From assembly GCA_965219455.1 (NCBI GenBank), contig OZ244744.1, positions 2,464,001-2,528,000 on the forward strand: a stretch of 64,000 nucleotides of DNA, read 5' to 3'. How positions within the stretch are numbered: position 1 is the first letter of the stretch; each line of letters opens with the position of its first letter. Position numbers and translations under genes: made by a program. Below are positions 49,365 through 59,142 of the stretch, one piece after another. A model generated the notes under the pieces. The model was not told the DNA's origin. It did not search any database and saw only the letters and a program-made list of their open reading frames with translations. The stretch is from Candidatus Latescibacterota bacterium. GTDB lineage: Bacteria > Latescibacterota > UBA2968 > GCA-2709665.

Positions 49365-49640
49365 GGAAGCCTCCTCGTCGGTTCATGGTGAATATTGATT
49401 CACGGTGAGTGATCGTGGCTATCGTACAGCCCGGAAATATCAGACCGGACGCCAGTGGCGAGACCCGGTCGTTTTTAACTCATGATTTTCAGGGGGCCAA
49501 TGACGAATGAATACCTGGGAATTCGCGGCGGTGTCGTGTGTTCGCATTCCTCCCAAGGCGAGATTTGCAAACAAAAACGGGCACTTGTGGCAGATCCCCA
49601 CAAAATCGCCTTTGGGTCGGAATCTCCCAAGAACCCCTAA

Positions 49641-49669
49641 TTTATAATGCAAAGCATCAGTTTAGTCAA
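49641..49669 (-). promoter_or_regulatory. Sigma-70 promoter upstream of the ytxH-like gene and porin operon
   Basis: Minus strand TTGACT-17 bp-TATAAA; ATGCAAAGCAT inverted repeat in the spacer. Confidence 0.6.
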
Positions 49670-49877
49670 TGCATTTGGCTAAATTTGCTGCGAAAAGGCA
49701 CGGGTAGTTCAAGATAACGAAGAAGAAATGCCCGCAGGTCTCATTGATGTTACCATTTCTGCAGAAATCTTCCGATCCGTTTATTCTTGAGGACGCAAAA
49801 CCCCTGCCGACGTGAACCATGGATGTCGCAGGCTGTCGTTCCAGTGCACGCTTCCGTGCCTTGTGGCCGGCGAACTT

Positions 49878-50010
49878 CTATAGCCCGCCTTCGACGTGTA
49901 CCGTAATAATGTCAATGCCGTGATATTTCCGGTGGCGCACCGAAGACGCGTAATGCCGCAGCAGGCGAAGCGGATGTTCTCATTTTCGCGTGTCAACTCA
50001 GAGGCCATCT
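49878..50010 (-). pseudogene. Remnant of a second NCS2-HATPase C-terminus
   Basis: Minus strand reads LRLLRHYASSVRHRKYHGIDIITVHVEGGL*, matching FRLLRHYASSVRHQKYHDMDIITVRVEGTS* of 41378-43120; frameshifted upstream. Confidence 0.85.
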
Positions 50011-50216
50011 GTCCCTCGCGGTCGGCCCGGCTGTGACCCATTGCCGTTCAATAGTCCCACGGAATCCGATACGGATGCGTAAACTCTCCCGGTTCGTCCA
50101 GCGCGATTTCGTATGCCGCCAGGTTCTCCGTTCGCACCCCTGGATAGGCGCCCCTCTCCGGCGTGCCGTTAGAGCGGCGCCGACGTTCCGGATCGTGTAT
50201 GGGCATCGGACCCCTC

Positions 50217-51488
50217 TCAACGACCGTAAAACCAATCCAGCGGATAAACGCGCAACACCAGTTCCCCGGGTTTTCTGGCCGTACGCTTCCGTTCTCCGAG
50301 TGTCACGGCCTCACCTGTATCCTCATCCGCCTCCACCCAACTCCGATGATACATCAGCAGCACCCGGTCGCCGTGAAACCACACGTTTGCGTAATCGAAG
50401 GTCGCGAAATCCTCGGGCAGCGTCCCCAGCTCCGGGAGCGCAACGACGGGGCTGACCGGATACTGAGGCGAAACCCGTGCCACGTCTTCCATCCCGCCGC
50501 TGAGTTCGATCGTCCTGAAGTGAGACCAACTGGCCCCGCTATCGCTCGAAACCGCCGCCGACAATCTTCCCCGCCGATACCCTCTCAAGATCTCCTCTCG
50601 GGACGTCTGGTTCCAGACGCACAACAAATCCCCAGTACCCGGAATCCGCCTGAGCCTGGGCGGCGAATACGAAGCGGCAAGATCGCCTGGCATCACGGGC
50701 GTCCAGGTCTCACCACCGTCCTCGCTGTAACTCTGCACCAGCCGCCCCACCGTGGACCTCGCCATCATCATCAACCGTCCGTCGGGACACACCGCCACGC
50801 CCGGCTCATCCACCGCTGTAATGCCTCCACGACCGTTCGGAATGCCCTCGGCGTCGAACCACCCCATCAACTGGCCCCGGCATATCTTCCATGTGCGGCC
50901 TTCGTCGTCAGAATAACTCACCGAGGCAATATCCACCTCCGGGTAATGGTAGTGTCCACTCACCTGGATGCGCCGGCCTTTCCAATACCCGTAGCTGCTC
51001 ACCCGCTCGTATTCCAACCCGGCGTGATGGTTGTTGCTGTGGCAGATCCGGCTCGGCATTACCATCCGCCCGTTCGGCATCTGAATCATCGTATCGTAAT
51101 ACGGCCCCCCGAGCAGATTCATCGGCCACTCTCCGGACCAGGACCTGCCTTCGTCGTCCGACACCGACAGAAAAAACGGATTCCAGTTGAACATCTCGGA
51201 CCCACGATGCCTATTTCTGCTCCCGAGGTGCGCGAGGGCAAGCCGGCCCGACTGCAACCGGATGCACGACAGGCAGGACGTTTCTCCAAGCGAATCCCAA
51301 TCGGGCGCTTCCGCCTTGTCCCAGGTCAACCCCGAATCTCCGGACCCGTAACATCTGCGTCCCGCAATCATCAACAGCCCGTTCCCCACTTCCACAACCG
51401 CAGTCGCACTACCTGCGCCCACCCCGATATGTTCTATAACGCCTTCAGGCAAAGGCTTCCGAAATATCGGCTTTTTTGGATCGGTCAT
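50217..51488 (-). CDS. BNR/Asp-box sialidase-family protein
   Basis: SGDSGLTW, SDDEGRSW, SDDEGRTW, SEDGGETW, SSDSGASW boxes; DEP; FDYAN. Confidence 0.88.
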   Translation of the reverse strand: MTDPKKPIFRKPLPEGVIEHIGVGAGSATAVVEVGNGLLMIAGRRCYGSGDSGLTWDKAEAPDWDSLGETSCLSCIRLQSGRLALAHLGSRNRHRGSEMFNWNPFFLSVSDDEGRSWSGEWPMNLLGGPYYDTMIQMPNGRMVMPSRICHSNNHHAGLEYERVSSYGYWKGRRIQVSGHYHYPEVDIASVSYSDDEGRTWKICRGQLMGWFDAEGIPNGRGGITAVDEPGVAVCPDGRLMMMARSTVGRLVQSYSEDGGETWTPVMPGDLAASYSPPRLRRIPGTGDLLCVWNQTSREEILRGYRRGRLSAAVSSDSGASWSHFRTIELSGGMEDVARVSPQYPVSPVVALPELGTLPEDFATFDYANVWFHGDRVLLMYHRSWVEADEDTGEAVTLGERKRTARKPGELVLRVYPLDWFYGR

Positions 51489-51663
51489 GCTTATGTCCTC
51501 CAGGTCTCGCGGCGTTGCTTGCGCTGAGCTTGTCGAAGTGCCTTCGCTCGCCGAACTTACCCAGGTCGCCTGCGTTCAGGCGTCTTGCGAGACGGGCGAC
51601 TCGACGGCCGAATTTTGGCAACTTATTTCCGGGACAGAACACCAGGGGCGCAAGTACCATCCG

Positions 51664-53046
51664 CTACCGGAAGCGTATGGCGTAGAGGTCGGCCTCCTTC
51701 ATCGCCACGCGAAGACGCACCGGCCTTCCGGCCAGCGCAGACACGTCGGAGCCGCTGTCCCAGCTGACCGCCCGCACAATCTCGTCTCCAAAGATCTCGG
51801 CGCTTTCGGAGAGCGTGTGGCCCTCGATGGGGCTGCCCTGTTCGTCCTGCATCTCGAACCGGATTTCGCCGGCCACCGAGGTCGAGTAGTTGATAACCAG
51901 CTCACTGCCAGCGAAGGTGAAGGGCTTGGTTACGAACTCGCCGCCGCCGAAGGGTGCGTTGACGGAGACGAAACCGTCGGTCCGAAGGACGCCTCGACGG
52001 AGCCGGCACGTCGGGTTCCGGTAGTTCTCTACGTAGTAGATCGAGATCTCCTCGGCCCCGGTGGGCACAACGCCGACGCCGGCGGCCATATTCCGCTCAT
52101 TCCAGTTCCTCGAGTCAAGGCCTGGACGGATGAACGGACCCATAAACCGGCGATCCCACCGGACGCCGTCCCGGCTGGTCATCAAGACCCCCTCGGACAG
52201 GCCGTCGGACACCCAGTCCTTGTGGAACTTCCGGCCAAGCCTAAGCCGCTTGGGGAACATCAGGTAGACGTGGGGAGCGCGGAAGTATAGGGTCGCTGCG
52301 TTGGTGTACAGGTGCTCCTTCTGCCTTCCGCCCATGTCGATCAGCTCCGGCACGGTCCAGTCCAGGAAGTCGTCCGACTCGGCCCTCCGAATCGACCGGT
52401 ATACGCCACCCTGAGCGGGGTCTCCGCTACGATCGCAATCGGGCGTGAAACCCCTCAAGTAGCTGACGTACTTGCGAATATTGACGTCCCAGAAGGCCAC
52501 GTTGGGTGAGTCGAAGCTGGTGTGGTCGTCGGGTGGCGCATGTAGGATCGGCCCGTCCTGGATCAGCTCCCAATGGATGCCGTCGGGCGAACCATAGCCG
52601 TAAATCGTGGCGCGCTCGTCCAGCTTTTCGCCCCTCAGGAAGCCCTTGTACCGCTGTGAGTCCGGCGCGGCCGGATTGGGATCCTTGAAGACGCAGGCGT
52701 TCCAGTGCGCGGCCCCCATGACGATGTTGTTCTCCTTCGAGCCCTCGAACTCGTGCAGCCCGAGGGTTGGACGCTCGAAGTGGATGCCGTCGGGGCTTTC
52801 GGCGTAACAGGTCGTCCGGTTCGTTCCCTCAGGGCCGGTGGCGCGGTACCAGAGGCGGTAGCGCCCGTCGTCGAGGATGACGTTGGCGACCCACGACGTC
52901 TGCCCTTCCCAGGGTTGGTCGAAATCGAGGACGACCTCAGCCGGCACCGGAGGATGGAGCTTGAGGCTTGTGTCCGTCATTGTGTCGATCAGCCAGTCGT
53001 CGACGAATAGCTCAAGCCTGGAGCGTATGTCTCTGGTGCCGGCCAT
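51664..53046 (-). CDS. Putative beta-propeller glycoside hydrolase
   Basis: ELFVDDWLI, YRLWY, CYAESPDGIHF, FDSPN, TSRDGVRW, LRTDGFVS, ADLYAIRF. Confidence 0.75.
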   Translation of the reverse strand: MAGTRDIRSRLELFVDDWLIDTMTDTSLKLHPPVPAEVVLDFDQPWEGQTSWVANVILDDGRYRLWYRATGPEGTNRTTCYAESPDGIHFERPTLGLHEFEGSKENNIVMGAAHWNACVFKDPNPAAPDSQRYKGFLRGEKLDERATIYGYGSPDGIHWELIQDGPILHAPPDDHTSFDSPNVAFWDVNIRKYVSYLRGFTPDCDRSGDPAQGGVYRSIRRAESDDFLDWTVPELIDMGGRQKEHLYTNAATLYFRAPHVYLMFPKRLRLGRKFHKDWVSDGLSEGVLMTSRDGVRWDRRFMGPFIRPGLDSRNWNERNMAAGVGVVPTGAEEISIYYVENYRNPTCRLRRGVLRTDGFVSVNAPFGGGEFVTKPFTFAGSELVINYSTSVAGEIRFEMQDEQGSPIEGHTLSESAEIFGDEIVRAVSWDSGSDVSALAGRPVRLRVAMKEADLYAIRFR

Positions 53047-53269
53047 GGATCATCCTCCTGTCACGCCGCTGATGGCTCATTATGATACACGCCGATGCCT
53101 TAACTTCCGGCGGATCGGCGGTCAAGTCCCCCGCGGCGGCCACGGACATCCGGCCGTCTATCACACAGACGGGGTCCTTCCCAAACTCACATCCGGTCGC
53201 CCAAATCACTACCGTGAGTGTCGATCTCGCAAGACGACCATGTATTGCGGCGTCCCGACGACTTGCCGG

Positions 53270-54493
53270 CTAATTCCAATCGACCGGTGACTTCAGCACA
53301 CCCAACACCGCCCTCCTCACCCGATCCAGACCCTGAATCGCGTTCCAGCGTCGAACCAGGTCAGAATCATCGAATCGTCGCCCCTGCTCATCCGTCTTCT
53401 GATCTCCGGGCCCACGCACCGCAATAACTGTGGATTTCCCGTTGCAAGGGCCGATCATCGCCAGCCCAACGCCGCCTTCAGGCGCGACCCTCGCCGCCAG
53501 CAGTCCCGCCAGCGTCGGGTCGTCGATCACTTGTGACAAGTCCGTGCGCGCGGCCGCCAGCGCCTGCTCGGCGTCGCGCCCATTAAGGTCCGCCAAAACC
53601 ACGCTTCCGAACCCAGCTTCGTTCAACTCCCGGCAGATTTGTCCCCCGGTAAGCGTATCCACCACCCCCAGCTTCAGATCCCGTTGCGCCAGCAGCCTGC
53701 CCACAACCTCGGCCACCGTTTCTTTCTCCTCACCATAGACCGCCACACCCAACCGATTCCGGAGTTCGAGTTCCATACCGGCAATCAGCGCATCCGCTTC
53801 CGCCTCCGATTCGGCTCTGGCTGTCACGCGAACGTCCGTCTGCCCCGCATGCGCGGCCAGACCTACCGACGGGTTCGACGACGCCATCAGGTCCCCGATC
53901 CCCCGGTCGATATTGCTCTCCCCTACCGCGCAGGTCCGGAGTACCCGCACCCGGATGACCTTCACACCGCCCATTCGATACACCAGTATCGGGACGACGG
54001 TATGCTCCATCATATGCGCCAATTCCCGGGGAACACCGGGCAGGCAGACAATGAATCCCCGCCCCTTCGTGTCTTCGCTCAGAAAACACGGCGCCGTTCC
54101 GACGGGATTCTCCAGCGGCAGCGCTCCCGCAGGAAGATACGCCTGCCGCTTGTTATTCGCGGCCATCTTCCGCCCGAAACTGCGGAACCGGGCGGCAATC
54201 TGCCCCTCCAGTTCCTCGCTGTATATCAGCTTCCGCCCCGTCGCACGCGCGATCGCCTGCCGGGTCACGTCATCCACTGTCGGCCCGATGCCCCCCGACG
54301 TAATCACCACGTTCGACCGATCCAACGCAAGGTTGAGTACCTGCGTTATGCGATTCTCGTTGTCTCCGACGGTGGTCTTGTAATAAAGGTCCATACCGAT
54401 GTTCCGGAGCGCCACGGCCAGCAGATTCGCATTCGTATCGACAATCTCTCCCAGAAGAAGCTCGGTTCCAATCATGACGATCTCTGCACGCAC
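53270..54493 (-). CDS. cinA: CinA-family protein (MoCF-like domain + degenerate PncC domain)
   Basis: IGTELLLGEIVDTN, TVGDN, GGIGPTVDDVT, NPVGTAP, LPGVPRE, GESNID. Confidence 0.9.
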   Translation of the reverse strand: MRAEIVMIGTELLLGEIVDTNANLLAVALRNIGMDLYYKTTVGDNENRITQVLNLALDRSNVVITSGGIGPTVDDVTRQAIARATGRKLIYSEELEGQIAARFRSFGRKMAANNKRQAYLPAGALPLENPVGTAPCFLSEDTKGRGFIVCLPGVPRELAHMMEHTVVPILVYRMGGVKVIRVRVLRTCAVGESNIDRGIGDLMASSNPSVGLAAHAGQTDVRVTARAESEAEADALIAGMELELRNRLGVAVYGEEKETVAEVVGRLLAQRDLKLGVVDTLTGGQICRELNEAGFGSVVLADLNGRDAEQALAAARTDLSQVIDDPTLAGLLAARVAPEGGVGLAMIGPCNGKSTVIAVRGPGDQKTDEQGRRFDDSDLVRRWNAIQGLDRVRRAVLGVLKSPVDWN

Positions 54494-54539
54494 ATCTCCC
54501 CCTTGGGTGACCTTTCATCGTCTTGCGTCTTCCCGAACG

Positions 54540-54753
54540 AGACCTACCCCCTAACCCCCTTCCTGAAGGAAGGGGGAACGGTGATTGGCCAATTTATCGG
54601 CGAGGCGACTCCTGGTTTACCTCCCCCTTTCCTTTAGGAGAGGGGGCCGGGGGGAGAGGTCCGCCATTCGCGGTCGCCCACGTAACGGCGTTGACGTCAC
54701 CTGATACGGTTTTTGCTTTTAGCTGACTGCTGAGAGCTGAAAGCTGACGGCTG
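54540..54753 (-). repeat. Composite intergenic repeat (copy C)
   Basis: Reverse complement shares heptamers, TCAGGTGACGYCAACGCC..GTGGGCGACCGCGAA and both hairpins with 441-623. Confidence 0.85.
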
Positions 54754-54757
54754 CATT

Positions 54758-56347
54758 TCATCGAAACATGGGCGCCGCCGCCGGTTCAATCGCCACGTTC
54801 ACGCACGCGGGAAGGCCGGACGCCACCGCATCGTTCAGCGCGGCAGGGAGATCCTCCGCCCTGTCCACAAATGCGCCGTACCCGCCCAGGGCCTCAGCCA
54901 CCAGATCGTATCTTGTTTCCAGCAGATCGCACCCGACGGTCCGATCCGGCCCGTAGGTTGTGACCTGGAGTTGATGCTCCGCGTTCCACCTTGCGTCGTT
55001 TCCGACAATTGCGACAACCGGCAGCCCATAACGCAGCGCCGTATCCAATTCCATCGCATGATAACCAAACGTCCCATCCCCCAGCAACACGAATACCGCC
55101 CTGTCCGGATGCGCCAGCTTTGCCGCCAGACCCATCGGCAGCGCGCTTCCGATTGCGCCCGATGGCCCGTTGATCAACCTGGTCTCCGCCGTCAGTCCCG
55201 CCTGCGCCCACTGCCCGAACTCCCCGCCATCGCTCACAAAAATCCCACCGGCGTCCAGGAAAGGCTGTACCGCCTCGCATACCCCCAGCGGATGCACGGG
55301 GCCACCGATTCCGCGCCGCATCGCGTCCCAGTCCGAAGGCGTAGCCCCTCGCAAACCCTCTACCTCCAACCGCCACGTTCCGTAATTCCACGACCGCGCA
55401 GGCGCCTTGTCCGCAAGCCGCAAAGTCGCTTCCGACGGATCCGCCAACAGGCGCAGCGCCACACAGGCGTCGGCGCGCAACTCACCGTGTTCCGCGTCGA
55501 TCTGAATGAACCTGCGCTGCTCGGAAAAAAAAGGCGGCTGGCCAAAGCGCAGCGAAAAATCAAGTTTTTTCCCCAGAAGCAGCACCACGTCGGCGCTCGC
55601 CAGACAAGTGACCGCCCGGCGCAACGCCGGATCGTTCACCCCACGCGGGCTTTCCATCGGCAGCGCCGGAATCCCGGTTGCCTCCCCCAGCCTCTCCACG
55701 GCAAGCCAGCGCCCGGACCGCCCCATCGCGGGCCCTGCCAGGATCAGCGGCCGCTCCGCCTGGCTCAACAGAGCAAGCACGGCATCCAGATCGGCGTCCA
55801 TCAGGTCGTCCGCACGTTTCGAATGCACACCGCGCGAACGTGTCGCGGATGCCTCCAACACATCGGCCGGTAAACTCAAATGCACCGGGCCGGGCCGGCC
55901 GGATACCGCCATTTCCAGTGCGCTGGACAGGTCAGCTTCAAGATCTTCGCATTTCGCCACCCGCCGGGATGCCTTGGCCACCGGACGCGCCGCGGCCACC
56001 TGATCCACTTCCTGAAACGCACCTTTCCCGATCTGCGCCTCCGGGCAATGGCCGCTCAGCATCAACAAAGGTGACTCCGCCATCAACGCCACGTAAAGCG
56101 CCCCCAGCCCATTGCAGTGACCGGGCCCCGCCGTCAGCAGCGCCACACCAGGTTCCTCCGTCAACCTCCCCCAACCATCCGCCATATGGACGGCCGCGGC
56201 TTCGTGGCGGGTGTGGATCAGCCCGATATCCCGCCCGATCGTCGCATCGTAGACCGGGAGGATCTGATTGCCCGACAGCGAAAACAGATGCTTCACCCCG
56301 GCAGACATCAGCCCGTCAACGAGCACCTCCGCACCGGTCATTGACAT
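54758..56347 (-). CDS. Thiamine-pyrophosphate enzyme (acetolactate synthase / 2-hydroxyacyl-CoA lyase-like)
   Basis: TRHEAAAVHMADG, TAGPG, GRPGPVHL, GDGTFG...GND TPP-binding motif. Confidence 0.92.
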   Translation of the reverse strand: MSMTGAEVLVDGLMSAGVKHLFSLSGNQILPVYDATIGRDIGLIHTRHEAAAVHMADGWGRLTEEPGVALLTAGPGHCNGLGALYVALMAESPLLMLSGHCPEAQIGKGAFQEVDQVAAARPVAKASRRVAKCEDLEADLSSALEMAVSGRPGPVHLSLPADVLEASATRSRGVHSKRADDLMDADLDAVLALLSQAERPLILAGPAMGRSGRWLAVERLGEATGIPALPMESPRGVNDPALRRAVTCLASADVVLLLGKKLDFSLRFGQPPFFSEQRRFIQIDAEHGELRADACVALRLLADPSEATLRLADKAPARSWNYGTWRLEVEGLRGATPSDWDAMRRGIGGPVHPLGVCEAVQPFLDAGGIFVSDGGEFGQWAQAGLTAETRLINGPSGAIGSALPMGLAAKLAHPDRAVFVLLGDGTFGYHAMELDTALRYGLPVVAIVGNDARWNAEHQLQVTTYGPDRTVGCDLLETRYDLVAEALGGYGAFVDRAEDLPAALNDAVASGLPACVNVAIEPAAAPMFR

Positions 56348-56402
56348 GAAACGCGTCCTTCCTGAATCTCCAACGTTGGCGTATGACCCGATTGAACCGC
56401 GT

Positions 56403-57620
56403 CTACGGACCCGGGCCTGGCTTGTCGAACCTGCCCCTCACCAGCGCATTCATCTCGCGCGCCCTGCGCAATGTCTCCGCGACCTCCTCTTTAAGGTCCC
56501 CCGGCCGGTACACCTTCCCCTTGCGAACGGTCAGTACGGGCTCTATCATTCGCGAGCCCACCTCCAGGTTGTCACCCACGTCCCGGAACTCGAACGCACC
56601 CTCCTGTACTTCGAACGCCGCCAGGTCCGCCACGGTGCCCACCTTCAACGTTCCGAGTTCATCGTCCCGCCCGATCGCCGCCGCCGGCGCGGCCGTCGTC
56701 TGGTAGACGACTTCCGGCAATTCCATTCCCAGGTTCAGTAGTTTGGAGGCCGTCTCCGGCAAACTGTAGACCGGGTCGTTTAAACAATGTACATGCAGAT
56801 CGGTGCTGATCACATCCGAGGGGAACCCCTGAGCCAGGGCTTTTTTTGCGACTTCGAACAGGAAACTGCCGCCTCCGTGGCCGAGGTCGAATAAAACTCC
56901 CCGCTCCCGTGCCGCCCACACCTCCGGAATAACCGTTTCCGCGCCGCCAAGGATCGTATCCCCACCGCCATGATAGCAGTGGGTGACGATATCGCCCGGT
57001 CGGACCTCGCCCAGGACGTCCGGAAGCGGAACGCCTGCGCCTGCATGCACCATCACCTTTGAATCCGAGAGTTCGGCGGCCTCTACCGCCAGCCTGAGGG
57101 GCGCAACACCGTTGTCGCCCACCTGGTGTCTGCCCTCACGCACCTTCACGCCCACACAGAGTTCCGGCCACCTCCGAATCACATATGCCGTGCGTTCCGG
57201 ATCCGCATACCTCAAATCGTGCATCTCACCCACGGGCCCATACGTCAACCCGATGCCGCTGATATGCACAAACGTCAACACCTGCGTCCGCGCCGGCGCC
57301 GCCACGTAGTCCCGGAACCCCATGAAGTTCGCCCATCCCGGACTGCCCGCGTCCACAACGGTAGTCACCCCCGTTGCGAGGCAGAGCGCATCCGCCTGAA
57401 TTCCCCACGTAGTAGCCCCGGCATAGATGTGTGTGTGAATGTCGACCCAGCCAGGCGTGAGAAATCTGCCGGAAAGGTCCACCGTCTCGTTCGCAGGCTC
57501 GGCGATCTCCTTCTCCACGGCGGCGATCGTCTCTCCGCGAACCGCGACGTCATATATCCCGTTCAATCCCTGCGCACCGTCGATCACGGTGCCCCCCTTC
57601 AGCACCAGGTCATAGGTCAT
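56403..57620 (-). CDS. Amidohydrolase/deacetylase family metallohydrolase (dihydroorotase-like)
   Basis: PGWVDIHTH, GVTTVVDAGS, GVKVR, MVH, THCYH, DLGHGGGSF, ISTDLH. Confidence 0.9.
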   Translation of the reverse strand: MTYDLVLKGGTVIDGAQGLNGIYDVAVRGETIAAVEKEIAEPANETVDLSGRFLTPGWVDIHTHIYAGATTWGIQADALCLATGVTTVVDAGSPGWANFMGFRDYVAAPARTQVLTFVHISGIGLTYGPVGEMHDLRYADPERTAYVIRRWPELCVGVKVREGRHQVGDNGVAPLRLAVEAAELSDSKVMVHAGAGVPLPDVLGEVRPGDIVTHCYHGGGDTILGGAETVIPEVWAARERGVLFDLGHGGGSFLFEVAKKALAQGFPSDVISTDLHVHCLNDPVYSLPETASKLLNLGMELPEVVYQTTAAPAAAIGRDDELGTLKVGTVADLAAFEVQEGAFEFRDVGDNLEVGSRMIEPVLTVRKGKVYRPGDLKEEVAETLRRAREMNALVRGRFDKPGPGP

Positions 57621-57681
57621 TCTTTGTATCCCTTTCGCAACATGCCCGTTTACCGGCATCACTTTTGGACCCGGCCGGCCC

Positions 57682-58410
57682 TCACCGGTGCATAACCGTA
57701 TGAAACCGTTTGAGCAGCAGCACCGCCGCCAGGGCGTTTACCGCCAGTCCCCCGAGTCCGTACAATACGTACCCTTCGCCGGATGCAACCTGCCAGAGCA
57801 TCTTCATCGGCCAGTACACGGGCACCATCCCGGCAACGACCTGCCAGTCTGACGAAACGAAAAAAGCGACCACCGGAATCATGTTGATCGCGTTCAGAAG
57901 CTTTACGAAGGCAAACCCGGTTACCTTGTTCGCCGTGAATCCCGCCAACGCGAGGGCCGTGATCGGCCCGTTGAAGGAAGCCAGGAACGCCACCGCCATC
58001 AGGTCCGGCAAGGGAACCGGCGTCAGGCCGGTGAGCCGGTAACCGAGAATCGTAATGATGAAACCGAAAACCAGGGGAATCGTTATTCTATAAGCGAGAT
58101 ATCCCGACGACGACAACGGCGTCACCAGCAGCGCCGTCAGCATCCGATCATCCCTTTCGTCCAGAAGCAGAAAACCGATCACCGTGCCGATCATGCCCGG
58201 CGCCGTCATCACGTAAAAGCTCATCAGCAGCGGGTAATATCGCCTCAGATCAAACGTGTAGCCCTCCAGCAACCAATCGGCCAGCGGCGGCAGGCCGAAA
58301 CGGTACAGGGCAGCGATCATCAGGGGCATGGCCACCATCCACGCCAATAGCCTGTCACGCTTCACGTTCTTGAAATCAACCCAACCCAGGGATCGATAGA
58401 CAGCCGGCAT
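57682..58410 (-). CDS. ABC permease, Rv2686c-like fluoroquinolone-export family
   Basis: GFLLLDERDDRMLTALLVTPL, ANKVTGFA, PVYWP. Confidence 0.82.
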   Translation of the reverse strand: MPAVYRSLGWVDFKNVKRDRLLAWMVAMPLMIAALYRFGLPPLADWLLEGYTFDLRRYYPLLMSFYVMTAPGMIGTVIGFLLLDERDDRMLTALLVTPLSSSGYLAYRITIPLVFGFIITILGYRLTGLTPVPLPDLMAVAFLASFNGPITALALAGFTANKVTGFAFVKLLNAINMIPVVAFFVSSDWQVVAGMVPVYWPMKMLWQVASGEGYVLYGLGGLAVNALAAVLLLKRFHTVMHR

Positions 58411-58431
58411 CTCCAAGGATCGATGCTCCCG

Positions 58432-59142
58432 CTATACGCCCGCTTCGCGGACAACGAATCTGTAGAACCGCCGCCGTGCTACAATAAAGCCGATAACGAC
58501 CCATCCGAGACCCGCCGCCACCGCGTAAACCATCTCCCAGACGCCCTTCGGCATGTACGCCGCGCGCATCAACGCCATGGCCGGCTCCGCGGGATGAAGG
58601 TAGAAAACCGTTCTGTCTGCGAGCCCAAAATGAGGCAGCAAAGGAAGCAGCAGCGCCGTCACGTAGAGGACGGACGGAATCAGGAATGAATTGATCGAAT
58701 CGTACCGAACAACCACGATAAATCCAGCCAGCACGAAGAGCGCCCCCAACAGGAACGCGCCCGACAGCAGCGGCGCCCACTTCCCTCCTGCGCCGAGAAC
58801 CGCAAGGACGATCAACAGGCTCTCGACAAGGGCGAGCAGTGTCAGTGAAACGACCTTGGAGAGCAGATATTCCACGTCTCGAAGCGGCGTTGTCGCCAAC
58901 ATCGTCAGGACGCCTTCGCTCTTCTCGAACAACACGAGGCCGCTGATGAAATAGAACGTGGTCGCGTACAGATTGACGACGAAAAAAGCCGGCACCACGA
59001 TGCCGGCGTCCACGCGCCCGATACCGGGTATCAGGCTGAACAGCGCTCCCCAGAACAACACCATGCCAACGCCTACCGCGAGGAATTTGTACCTGTACTG
59101 CAACGTCACGTCCCAACGGAGAACCGACAACAGGCGTTTCAT
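58432..59142 (-). CDS. ABC permease, Rv2687c-like
   Basis: WDVTLQYRY, LVLFEKSEGVL..L.TTPL..EYLLSK. Confidence 0.82.
   Translation of the reverse strand: MKRLLSVLRWDVTLQYRYKFLAVGVGMVLFWGALFSLIPGIGRVDAGIVVPAFFVVNLYATTFYFISGLVLFEKSEGVLTMLATTPLRDVEYLLSKVVSLTLLALVESLLIVLAVLGAGGKWAPLLSGAFLLGALFVLAGFIVVVRYDSINSFLIPSVLYVTALLLPLLPHFGLADRTVFYLHPAEPAMALMRAAYMPKGVWEMVYAVAAGLGWVVIGFIVARRRFYRFVVREAGV

Noticed and set aside
49790-49810. GGACGCAAAACC resembling a c-di-GMP-I riboswitch
   Set aside because: The upstream GCAAAC..GAAA stem and downstream pairing are missing.
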